Assembly: GCF_963921235.1 (NCBI RefSeq)
Contig: NC_086108.1
Location: 66,466,001 to 66,530,000 of the forward strand
Direction of reading: 5' to 3'
DNA length: 64,000 nucleotides
Origin: Mobula hypostoma
Taxonomy: Eukaryota
Positions within the stretch are counted from its first letter, which is position 1; the number at the start of each line of letters is the position of its first letter. Of this stretch, positions 10,815 through 22,750 are shown in pieces. The notes below the pieces were generated by a model. The model was not told where the DNA came from, did no database searches, and worked only from the letters and a program-made list of their open reading frames with translations. The translations under genes and the position numbers were made by a program.

Positions 10815-12325
10815 TACTCTCAGTGACCACTTTATTAGGTACACCTGTACAACTACCCGTTAATGTGAATATCTAATCAGCTAATCATGCAGCAGCAACT
10901 CAATGAATAAAATTGAGATGAGGGAATTAAATGCAGCACCTCCAAGTCTGCGGATGACACGAAGCTGGGCGGCAGTGTTAGCTGTGAGGAGGATGCTAAG
11001 AGGATGCAGGGTGAATTGGATAGGTTAGGTGAGTGGGCAAATTCATGGCAGATGCAATTTAATGTGGATAAATGTGAGGTTATCCACTTTGATGGCAAAC
11101 ACAGGAAAACAGATTATTATCTGAATGGTGGCCGATTAGGAAAAGGGGAGGTGCAACGAGACCTGGGTGTCATTATACACCAGTCATTGAAAGTGGGCAT
11201 GCAGGTACAGCAGGCGGTGAAAAAGGCGAATGGTATGCTGACATTCATAGCAAGAGGATTCGAGTACAGGAGCAGGGAGGTACTACTGCAGTTGTACAAG
11301 GCCTTGGTGAGACCACACTTGGAGTATTGTGTGCAGTTTTGGTCCCCTAATCTGAGGAAAGACATTCTTGCCATAGAGGGAGTACAAAGAAGGTTCACCA
11401 GATTGATTCCTGGGATGGCAGGACTTTCATATGATGAAAGACTGGATCGGCTAGGCTTATACTCATTGGAATTTAGAAGATTGATGGGGGATCTTATTGA
11501 AATGTATAAAATTCTAAAGGGAATGGACAGGCTAGATGCTGGAAGATTCTTCCCTATGTTGGGGAAGTCCAGTACGAGGGGTCACAGTCTGAGGATAAAG
11601 GGAAAGCCTTTTAGGACCGAGATTAGAAAAAACTTCTTCACACAGAGAGTGGTGAATCTGTGGAATTCTCTGCCACAGGAAACAGTTGAGGCCAGTTCAT
11701 TAGCTATAATTAACAAGGAGTTAGATATGGCCCTTGTGGCTAAAGGGATCGGGGGTATGGAGGGAAGGCTGGTACAGGGTTCTGAGTTGGATGATCAGCC
11801 ATGATCATACTGAATGGCGGTGCAGGCTCGAAAGGCCGAATGGCCTACTCCTGCACCTATTTTCTATGTTTCTATGTTTAAAAGCATACAGACAAGACCA
11901 AGCAGTTCAGACCAAACTCAGAATGGTGAAAAAAAAATGTGATCTAAGTGACTTTGAGTGTGGAATAATTGTTGGTGCCAGATCGTTTGAGTATCTCAGA
12001 AACTGCTGATCTCCTGGGATTTTCACACATCTCAAGTTTACAGAGAATGGTGCGAAAAACAAAAAAAACAATGAGCAGCAGGTCTGTGCTGAAAATGTCT
12101 TGTTTATGAGAGAGGATATGGGATAATAGCCAGGCTGGTTCAAGCTGTAAAGAAAGCGACAGTAACTCAAATAGCCACATGTTGTAACAGTGGTATGCAG
12201 AAGAGTACCTCTGAATGCACAAATTGAATCTTGAAGTGGATGGCTACAGCAGCAGAAGACCACAAACATACACCCCATGACCACTTTATTTGATACAGGA
12301 GGCACCTAATAAAATGGGACCCATT
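10815..12325 (+). mobile_element. Non-autonomous Tc1 element split by a CR1 insertion
   Basis: TIR-like CTCAGTGACCACTTTATTAGGTACACC; body resumes at about 11879 with MVKKKCDLSDFECGIIVGAR; reverse complement of 377-911. Confidence 0.85.
10913..11878 (+). mobile_element. 5'-truncated young CR1 LINE
   Basis: ORF 11004..11804 (WQMQFNVDKCEVIHF...LYKALVRPHLEYCVQFWSP), (TTTCTATG)n tail, TAAAA duplicated at 10908-10912 and 11879-11883. Confidence 0.95.
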
Positions 12326-12329
12326 ATCA

Positions 12330-14570
12330 ACATGCCAGTCTTTTGAATCATACTCCCAAGTAGGGCCTTGTTGGAAGTTCATGTTAATCACATCTACTAC
12401 CCAAACATCATTTGTGCACTTTGTTACCTCTTCAAGGAATTTTATTAAGCTGCTCAGATGGGCCCTGCCCTAGACAAAGCCGTGTTGTCTCTTTGATTAG
12501 TCACAGCCTTTCCAAGTGATCATTAATCACTTCCCTTAGTATTTTTCAAATAGCTTCCCTCCCATTTATATTGGTTTAAAAATCTATAGTTACCAGCAAT
12601 GTTCCCTTTAATATTTTTTTATAGCTTGCTCTGAGCAAGAAACTTTTACGTAGCCTGAAAACTGTATGGCACTTTAAAAGTTTGTTTTGTAATATGCACA
12701 TCAAACAAACACAAACCACAATTCACAACACAAGTAAATGATGTCAGGCAGTCAAAACAACTGACAGGCACAATAGCAAAAGTGAAATGTTTTGACTAAA
12801 TGGTATTGGCATTCAGCATGATGCCCATTTATTAACAAGGAGCTGTTGACTTCCATTCTGTATTTATTGTTACAATTTGTAACAGTGTTGTAACTTGAAA
12901 CACTGACAATATAAATACCTTAAGCTCTTAAAATGTTTCAAAGTAAAGGTTGTGGTATATTTATTCTTCAGAAAATGTATAGATTATATATTCATTCATA
13001 TATAATTAATTACAGGGTTTTTCACAATTATGTTAACATATACAAACTGTATTTCAAAAATATATTAGCATAATATCAGAATTATATTAACATTATATAA
13101 AAGATAATTCCAGCTGCACGGCAACAAGGGCTATGCGCGCAGGACCATTTCTCCTGAGGCTGTGCACCCTCACAGCTCAGACGTTACCAGGTAATCCACT
13201 GTTTTCAATAGGAGAACCATGATTTTGCTGTCCTCCAGTCATCTAGTACCTCACTTGTGCTTAGTGAAGCTTTAAAAATCTCACTCATCCCGTTATAGCC
13301 AGGGATAAATACCATCTGGTCCTTGGGATTTATCCACTTTTAAGTCTGCAAAGAGTATCTCCTGTTTATTCAGAGGAATATGCACTAGATGTTCAACTAC
13401 CTCTTCACTGAATTCTGCAACTGCATAACCTGTTTCCTTGGTGAACATCAATCAAAAATGTTCATTTAGGACTTCACCTATGTCTCCTGGCTCCATGCAC
13501 AGATTTCCCATTTTGTCCCTATTAATACACCTTACTTTTTCCATTACTCTTTCCCCCTAATATACTTAGAGAATGCCTTCAGATTTATCTTAATTCTTCC
13601 CTTTTTTCCCAGACCTCACTATCCCTTAGCATCTAAGGTTCCTTCTATTTGTCCCCCTGGTTTTGACCCTTACAGGACATGTTGGCTTTGAACTCTTGTT
13701 ACTTCTCCTTTGAATGCATCCCAGTGTGCAAGTGTAGACATAGCCAATCTACCTTTGCAGATCCTCCATTATGTTAGTGAAAATGCCCTTCCGCCAATTT
13801 AATAACTGGTCTGTCCCTATGATTTCCTATAACCACTTTAAAATATATCATCAAAATGATCCCCACTGACACTTCCTTCACTAGACCAGTTACATTCCAC
13901 ATTAAAGGTCCAGTAATGTCCTTCCCTATTGTTCTACCTACAAAGTGTGTCAAAAAGCTCTCCGGCATATTTCAAAAATTCCATCCCTTCAGAGTCTTTA
14001 ACATGAAAGCAATCTCAATTAATAGTTTGGGAATATTTCACTGTACATTGGACACATATCGGTTTGTTATTGTCATGTGTACTGAAATGCAGTGAAAAGC
14101 TTTAGTTTCGTGTCCCATTAAAATAGATCATGCCATGCATAATTGTACAGAAGTTAAAAAGGAAACAAAATGCATTCACAAAGAAAGTGCAGTTCAAATA
14201 GACAAATAAACTGCAAGTCCCAGTACAATAGCCCTACTTTTATTGTACCTCTCTAATATCTGCCCACATATAATATCTGTTCCTCTCTCTCCTGTTGACA
14301 GTCCAGGGATCTGTAATACAGCCCCAGCCAGGTGACCACATACTTTTTGTTTCTATTCTCTTCCCATATTGCCTTATTTGAAGATCCTCTGAGGATATTC
14401 TCCGTCAGTACCGAAATAATGCAACATTTGGTTATCCTCCTCCCCTTTTACTAACCCCGCGGTCTCACCTGAAAACGGGATATCCTGGAATATTGAGTTA
14501 CTTATGCTTCCTATCCTTCAGCCATGTCTCAGTAATGGCAACAGTACTGAGGACACCCATGTTAATTAAA
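12330..14570 (-). mobile_element. Scattered degraded CR1 fragments mixed with other sequence
   Basis: Minus-strand QHGFV*GR at about 12465-12487 and LKVDKSQGPDGIYPW at about 13298-13343. Confidence 0.55.
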
Positions 14571-14669
14571 GCTTTGACAATATCCTAGACCACTGTGTAA
14601 ATTAAAGCTCAGAACTGTTTCTTTTTCCACAGATGCTGTGTTTTCCACAGCATATTCTGTTTTAAAGCA

Positions 14670-15250
14670 GATTCATTACCCAGTTCAATTTTGGCCCCAT
14701 ACTCTCTGATCCCGCTAATCCTAAGGGAAATATTAAACTGGTTTTCGAATGTATTTCATGACTTGGCTTCAACTGCTTTATATGGCAGAGGAATTCTACA
14801 GGTACATCAATCTCTGGGAGAAGAAATTTCTATTCATCTCAGTCATAAATAATTTGCTGTTATCCTTAGATTGTTATCTGTGATCCTGGACTCACTAGCC
14901 AAATGGAACATCTCTCTTAAATGTAATATGCCAGATTCTGTTAGAATTTTGCAGATTTATGTGAGATCCCTTTTCAGTCTTTTAAACTCTAATAAACATA
15001 TTTGGCCCAATTTTTCTTCATATTCTGAAGAATCATTCTGGTAAAACTTTGCTAAACCTCCAAAGGAAGAAGAACCTTTTTCAGATAGGAAGACCAAGCA
15101 CCCTGTCCTATGCTCGAATCCTCACACTTTGAAGGCTGGCATACGGTTTGCCTTAAGGAACTTTTACACCTGTACACTTCTCTTAGCAAATGATGTACAA
15201 GGACACCCAGATAACATTGCATCTCCCCCTTTCACAATCCATTTCCATGC
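14670..15250 (-). mobile_element. Degraded CR1 3' fragment
   Basis: Reverse complement gives LRI...TEMNRNFFSQR..YL*NS, a CR1 C-terminal remnant. Confidence 0.55.
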
Positions 15251-15261
15251 AGAGAGTAATG

Positions 15262-15664
15262 TGTTAGCGTCGTGGATTATGACCAAAGAAAAAAATGGCT
15301 GGAGTTGCCTACCACTTTAGTGCAAGAGTGTTTATTGGGTATGTCAAAAATCAAACACAATAGTAAGTAAAATAGTGAAATGAAAAGTACCAATATTTAT
15401 GAAATGACATTTACATGGAAACACAATAATAGCTCCGTACATATTCTTATCCAGTGTGAACTCCTGGCAGTTTCTATATCTCTATCCTACTGAGGGCAAA
15501 GAGCCCTATTTATTTAAGACTAGGACATAACATCTTTAATTATCAACAAAGTTAACATAAAACTACACATAAATTAGAATATGATGCACCCCACAATGTA
15601 GATACAAAATAAACAGAATTACCTAACTTAAATACAGTATGCAAACAACATTTACACATTTACA
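15262..15664 (-). repeat. Possible LTR-like segment
   Basis: Minus strand runs TGTAAATG...GCTAACA (TG..CA), preceded by purine-rich GGGGATA, with AATAAA near its 3' end. No partner LTR or coding match. Confidence 0.25.
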
Positions 15665-16379
15665 TATCCCCATTATGAAAGAAATGGAATATCCACCATG
15701 TGGCAGGGGGGCGGGGGGAAGGCACCATAAAGCCGACCCAAGTGCATCAGCTCAGTTTAGAAGCCATCGGATGCCAAATAACTGCCAGAAAACAACAGCA
15801 CGAAACAGCAGAACACTCGACACAATCGCACACTTACAGTCAAGTGCAAATAAAAAAAGAAATCAAACCAACCCTTCGTGCCTGACAGTTAGTGTATGCA
15901 GCAACTCGGTGGGGAAACAGGGGGTTAATTATGAGAATATACCGGGGAAGACGTTGAAGTGCGTACACTCACTACAATGTCAGTGGAATGGCAAAGCAAT
16001 GTTTCTGTGTGAGTGAATGAATGTGCTTCTGAAAGGAATGTATTTACTGAGTGACCTCCGGCACATAATGTGCCTTCCTTTTAAGACAATCAGAGTGGAT
16101 AACATCACATTATACACATTGTACTGCACTAATTCAAGTACCTGTCCATTGCTTCAACCTGTTGAAATCAATTTATAGTTCTCTTCATCTTGCTGAGAGG
16201 AAAATTCGATTAGCCATGATGAAATGGCGGAGCAGACACGATGGGCCAAATAGCCTAATTCTGTTACAATATCCTATGGTCTTATGCCAATTCTATCAAT
16301 ATCAATGCAAGAAATAATTTCCATTGTCAGGTATAATGCACTGACAATTATTTCTACAAAAACAAAATGGCTCACCTGA

Positions 16380-18240
16380 GGACTGGGAGAAATTCAGAGT
16401 TCAGCAGAGGAGGACAAAGGGCAAAAAAGATTATGAGAGAAAACTGGAAGGGAACATAAAAACTGACTGTAAAAGCTTTTATAAATATGTAAAAAGGAAA
16501 AGACTGGTAAAGACAAATGTTGGTCCCCTACAGACAGAAACAGGTGAATTGATTATGGGGAGCAAGGACATGGCAGACCAATTGAATAATTACTTTGGTT
16601 CTGTCTTCACTAAGGAGGACATAAATAATCTTCCAGAAATAGTAGGGGACAGAGGGTCCAGTGAGATGGAGGAACTGAGGGAAATACATGTTAGTAGGGA
16701 AGTGGTGTTAGGTAATTTGAAGGGATTAAAGGCAGATAAATCCCCAGGGCCAGATGGTCTGTATCCCAGAGTGCTTAAGGAAGTAGCCCAAGAAATAGTG
16801 GATGCATTAGTGATAATTTTTCAAAATTCGTTAGATTCTGGACTAGTTCCTGAGGATTGGAGGGTGGCTAATGTAACCCCACTTTTTAAAAAAGGAGGGA
16901 GAGAGAAACCGGGGAATTATAGACCGGTTAGCCTAACGTTGGTGGTGGGGAAACTGCTGGAGTCAGTTATCAAAGATGTGATAACAGCACATTTGGAAAG
17001 TGGTGAAATCATCGGACAAAGTCAGCATGGATTTGTGAAAGGAAAATCATGTCTGACGAATCTCATAGAATTTTTTGAGGATGTAACCAGTAGAGTGGAT
17101 AGGGGAGAACCAGTGGATGTGGTATATCTGGATTTTCAAAGGGATTTTGATAAGGTTCCACACAGGAGATTAGTGTGCAAACTTAAAGCACACAGTATTG
17201 GGGTAAGGTATTGATGTGGATAGAGAATTGGTTAGCAGACAGGAAGCAAAGAGTGGGAATAAACGGGACCTTTTCAGAATGGCAGGCAGTGACTAGTGGG
17301 GTACCGCAAAGCTCAGTGCTGGGACCCCAGTTGTTTACTATATATATTAATGACTTGGATGAGGGAATTAAATGCAGCATCTCCAAGTTTGCGGATGACA
17401 CGAAGCTGGGTGGCAGTGTTAGCTGTGAGGAGGATGCTAAGAGGATGCAGGGTGACTTGGATAGGTTGGGTGAGTGGGCAAATTCATGGCAGATGCAATT
17501 TAATGTGGATAAATGTGAAGTTATCCACTTTGGTGGCAAAAATAGGAAAACAGATTATTATCTGAATGGTGGCTGATTAGGAAAAGGGGAGGTGCAACGA
17601 GACCTGGGTGTCATTATACACCAGTCATTGAAAGTGGGCATGCAGGTACAGCAGGGGGTGAAAAAGGCGAATGGTATGCTGGCATTTATAGCGAGAGGAT
17701 TCGAGTACAGGAGCAGGGAGGTACTACTGCAGTTGTACAAGGCCTTGGTGAGACCACACCTGGAGTATTGTGTGCAGTTTTGGTCCTCTAATCTGAGGAA
17801 AGACATCCTTGCCATAGAGGGAGTACAAAGAAGGTTCACCAGATTGATTCCTGGGATGGCAGGACTTTCATATGAAGAAAGACTGGATGAACTAGGCTTG
17901 TACTCGTTGGAATTTAGAAGATTGAGGGGGGATCTGATTGAAAGGTATAAAATCCTAAAGGGATTGGACAGGCTAGATGCAGGAAGATTGTTCCCAATGT
18001 TGGGGAAGTCCAGAACGAGGGGTCACGGTTTGAGGATAAAGGCGAAGCCTTTTAGGACTGAGATTAGGAAAAACTTCTTCACACACCCTTGTGGCTACGG
18101 GGCTCAGGGGGTATGGAGGGAAGGCTGGTACAGGGTTCTGAGTTGGATGATCAGCCATGATCATAATAAATGGCGGTGCAGGCTCGAAGGGCCGAATGGC
18201 CTACTCCTGCACCTATTTTCTATGTTTCTATGTTTCTATG
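16380..18240 (+). mobile_element. CR1 LINE ORF2 (RT) remnant, same subfamily as 10913-11878
   Basis: ORFs 16549..17214, 17211..17576 and 17592..18275 (KSPGPDG, NYRPVSLT, QHGFVKGKSCLTNL, GVPQ, FADDTKL); frameshift and stop; (TTTCTATG)3 tail. Confidence 0.95.
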
Positions 18241-18524
18241 TAACATCTGACAAGCGATTCACATTGTGTAAATGAGAAAGATGTTAGATGTTTCAGAGCT
18301 TGGGACATCTCTGGCCTAAACACTGAATGAGAAAGGGAGGGTCCAAGGAAGTATAAAGGGTCTTGGCTTGTACTTCTGAAAAAAATGGAGCAAGATAAAA
18401 GTGCGTTCGATCTTTTGTATCAAAACTATCCACGTAGTTAGAGTATCCTGGAAAACTGATTGAAATGATAAAATTGATACCTTGTGATTAGGACCTCCAG
18501 CAGTCACGTTCAGTGGAGCTATAG

Positions 18525-18910
18525 GGCCATTGAGCACTACAACACAGAAAAAGGCCGTCAGCCTATCTAGTTCATGCTGTGCTATTATCCTACTCAGAGC
18601 TATCAACCCACACCTGGACCATAGCCCTCCATACCCCTCATATACTGTATATGTACTTCTCCCAATCTCCCTTAAATGTTGAAATCGAACCACTTTGGTT
18701 GGCAGTTTGTTCCACCTTCTGAATGAAGAAGTTCCTCTCAGGTTCCCCTTAAATATATCATTTTTCATCTCAACCTATGACCTCTAGATCTAGTGTCACT
18801 TTACCTCAGTTGAAAAAGCCAGTGTGCATTTACTGTATACCTCTATCAAATCTCACCTTGTTCTCCTACACTCCAGAGAGTGAAGTCCTAACCTATAACT
18901 CTGGTCCCTC
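18525..18910 (-). mobile_element. CR1 3' fragment
   Basis: ORF 18316..18768 begins KNDIFKGNLRG; similar to 41525-42030. Confidence 0.7.
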
Positions 18911-19146
18911 CTTGTTGCCAAGACTTGAGATTGAGCGGGTATAATACTGGAATAAATAATCCAATTGAATATGATAGTACTTCTATAACTTTGCAAACAT
19001 CCCGAACAATATAATCACAAAATCACTGGATGTGTTAACATGACTTCAATAAGAAAACACATTATTTCCAAATTTTTGTTTTTTGCTCCACCTGAATAAT
19101 TTCTTTGACATATTCGGAGCAACTGGATGACGAAGTCAGTCAATAC

Positions 19147-22100
19147 TGTTGTGTATTTAATATTTCAGTAATATTGTAAATATCTTACATGATTACAGGA
19201 TTGTCTTGAGTTAGTAGACAGGGCCTTATTCAATAACTCATCTGAGGACCTGTATAACTACACCAGGGTCATAACAGACTTTATTAAAACAGCTGTTGAT
19301 GAGTGTGTCCCCACAGAATTGTTTAGGTTTTACCCTGATCAGAAACCCTGGATGAACCATGAAATCCAGAATTTGCTAACAGCCTGATCAGAAGCATTCA
19401 AGTCTGGATCAAGAATGCTCCAAGAGGTACAGGTATGATCTCTGGAAAGCCATCTCTTGGGCAAAGTGGAGATTTCAGACAAGACTGGAATCAACAAGGG
19501 ATGTTTGACAATTCTGGCAGGGTTTGAATGCCATAAACTCCTACAAAGTTAAATCTTGTGACAAGGGGGATTGCAGAGCTTCACTTCCAGATGAACTCAA
19601 TTCCTTCTATGCTCAATTTGGCCACAAGAACAGGAAGGACCCATAGTGCATCCCTATATCTCCAGATGATTCTTTGTTCTCAGTATCGGAAGATGTCTTC
19701 AAGAGAGTGAATTTAAAGAAAACATCCAGTCCAGACGGAGTACCTGGCCGAGTACTGAAGACCTGTGCTGACCAAATGGCTGGTGTATTCATAGATAGCT
19801 TCAACCTCTCACTCTGGCAGTATGTGGTACATCACAGCTCCTGGCTGAGTGGCAATTTGGATCTGCTCCGATTTGTCTACTGAAGCAACAGGTCCACAAC
19901 AGATGTTGTCTCAGTGGCTCCTCACACAAAATTCGAAACATCTGGACAGCAAAAATACATGCATCAGGATGCTCTTTATCAATTACAGCTCAGCATTTAA
20001 TACCATCATCCCCTCAAAACCAATCAGTAAACTCTATTATTCCTTGTGCAATTGGATCCTGGATTTACTCACTTACAGATCCCAGTCAGTTCAGATTGGC
20101 AAAAACACCTCCTCCACAATCTCCATCAGCACAGGAGCACCACAGGGATGTGTACTTAGCCCACGCTCTACTCGCTTTACACCTGTGACTGTGGCTAAGT
20201 TCAGCTCCAACACCATGCACAAGTTTGCTGATGACACCATTCTTTTGGGCTGTATCAAAGGGGGTGATGAATCAGCATACAGGAGGAAGATTAATAACAA
20301 CAATCTCTCACTCAATATCAATAAAACCAAGGAACTGATTATGGACTTCAGGAGAGGGAAACCAGAGATCCACGAGCCAGTAATCATTTGAGGATCAGAG
20401 ATGGAGAGGGTCAGTAACTTTAAATTCCTGGTGTCACTATTTCTGAGACCCTGTCCTGGACGTATCATATAAATATAATTGTAAAGAAAGCATGACAGCA
20501 CCTCTACTTCCTTAAGAGTCTGCAGAGATTCAAGATGTCATCAAAAACCTTGGCAAACTTCTATAGATGTGTAGTGGAGAGTGTGCTGACTGGCTGCATT
20601 ATGACTGTTTTGGAATGAGTGAAAGATCCTACAAAAGGTAGTGGATTCAGCCCTTCCATGAGTAAAGCCCTTCCAACCATTGAACACATCTACATGTTAT
20701 GTTGCCATGGAAAAGCAGCATCCATCATCAAAGATCCTCACCAGCAAAGCCATGCTCTTTTCTCACTGCTGCCATCAGGTGGAAGGAACAAGTGCCTCAG
20801 GACTTGCATCACAAAGTTCAAGAACAGTTACTACCCCTCAACCATCAAGCTCTTGAACAAAAGGGGATAACTATACTCATTCAATTTCTGTTGTTCCCAC
20901 AACCGCTGGTCTCACTTTAAGAACTCTTTATCTTGTTATTTCATTCTTGTTATTTACTGCTCTTCATTTCTAGTTTCACATGCACAGTTTGTTGTTCATT
21001 GATCTTGTTTACAGTTTACTGTTCTATGGATTTGCTGAGTATGGATGCAGGAAAAAGAACCTTAGGGTTGTATGTGGTGACATTTATGTACTTTGATAAT
21101 ACATTTTACTTTGAACTTTTGAACCTTGATATTGTTTGATTAAGCTATCTTTGTTGTTTACATAATTCGTGGAATTGCAGAATGTAACAGTGGTGACAAG
21201 GAAGTTTTAAGGTGAACCCAAGATGACTGCCTACCTGTTGAAGTGCAGTGAGATGTTTGAGTAAACAAAAGCACAATGAAACACTGGAGTTTAAAAAAAA
21301 TACAGCATGCTTTCATTGCAAGAGGAGAAAAATGGTCATGTTAAAAAAGGCAGAAAACAGACAAATTTATGGGTTCTTAAACGTTGAGTACTGGTGATAA
21401 TAAGCATAAGTTTAAAATAAAGTTGGATATATCGATAGATGCGTTTGATTGTACAAAAGGTAACCAGAATTTGCATACTGAGTGAATTGAACTGTACTTT
21501 GAAGCAAATGAAACCAACAATGAGAAGCAAGTGCCAGTTTTGTTGAGTGCATTCACTGGAAGAGCACACAGTTTGCTTAGAAGTTTGATTGTTTCAATCA
21601 AACCAGCCGAAATGAGCTTTGCTGATATCTTGAAAGTAAAACTGGAACATTCAGAAATGAAAGCATTCTTTGTGCTTTAGGTTTTATAAGCAGAATCAAA
21701 AGGAAGAGGAGTCCATTTCAGCATATGTGTATGAGTTGAAAAAGTTGTCTGACCATCGTCAGTTCAGTGATGGGCTTAATGATGCATCGCCAGATCATTA
21801 AATTTGGTGAATCTTACAGGAAAGCATTCAAACATGGCTCCTACCTGAAGCACAACTCACAGTTTAAAGAGTAATTGGAATCGCTGTATCAATGGGGACA
21901 GCAGCCAGAGATGAAAATGAGTTGCAGTCAGGAGTGAAAGTGAGTGTGAACAAAATTGTAACATCTAAACAGAGGATATCTTTTTTCAAACCTTTCTGTA
22001 GTAAAACATTTCTGCAAAGTGGGCTTAGCTGAGGCTTACTTATCGATGGATATGGAAGAAGAGTCCAAAGTATTTCTCACTATAAACATAAACAAAGGGC

Positions 22101-22750
22101 TTTATTACTATAATACTTATTTTTGGAATAGCATCTGCACCTGCACACTTGCAGAAAGCTATGGACCAGGTGATGCAAGGCTGACTAGGCACTCAGTGTT
22201 ATATGGATGACATCATTGTTACCAGTAAGGATGACAAGGAGCATCTCCAAAATCTCAAGACAGATTAAAACATTATAGACTCAGAGCATGATGCAACAAA
22301 TGTGAATTCTTTAAATGAATAATCACTTACTGTGGTCACACCATTGACACACAAGTATTACATAAGTGTGCTGAAAAAAATTCAAGCAATGGTGGATGCC
22401 CAAAGCCCAAAGGACATGTCACAGTTGTGGTCCTTTTAGGACTAATCAATTTCTATAACAGCTTCCTGCCAAACCTGTCTACTGTGTTCCATCCCTTGAA
22501 CACATTACTACAGAACGGAAAGAAATGCCAATAGACAAAGCAGTGTGAGGTGGCTTTCAAAAAGCTAAAGAAAATGGTGATGTCAGTCACTGTATTCACA
22601 CATTACGATCCACATCATCCATTGAAGCTTGCCTGTGATGCCTCATCATCTGGTATAGGTGCAGTCATGTCACATGTTATAAGTGATGGATGTGAACACC
22701 CCATAACCTTTGCATCACAATCCCCACCTTGCTGCAGCACAGAAACATTG
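19147..22750 (+). mobile_element. Degraded Gypsy/Ty3 LTR retrotransposon (5' LTR interrupted by Rex LINE; gag, RT and RNase H remnants)
   Basis: LTR-like TGTTGTG...(insertion)...AATGTAACA followed by PBS-like GTGGTGACAAGG at 21190. gag remnant IELYFEANE..NEKQVPVLLSA at about 21486-21552. RT LAEAYL...FLTIN..KGLY and CYMDDIIVT at about 22197. RNase H LKLACDASSSGIGAVMSHV (ORF 22550..22783). Confidence 0.85.
19191..21129 (+). mobile_element. Rex1/Babar LINE remnant
   Basis: [58 protein letters not shown]-type repeated tail. Confidence 0.92.

Noticed and set aside
11117..11398. Cys-rich antisense ORF that recurs at 17558..17839
   Set aside because: Antisense shadow of the same CR1 segment in two near-identical copies.
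11004..11804. 266-aa ORF as a host gene
   Set aside because: It is the C-terminal part of CR1 ORF2 within a 5'-truncated insertion.
16549..18275. Three consecutive ORFs as an operon or active RT system (retron, DGR, group II intron)
   Set aside because: They are one CR1 ORF2 broken by a frameshift and a stop; the context is a vertebrate repeat landscape.
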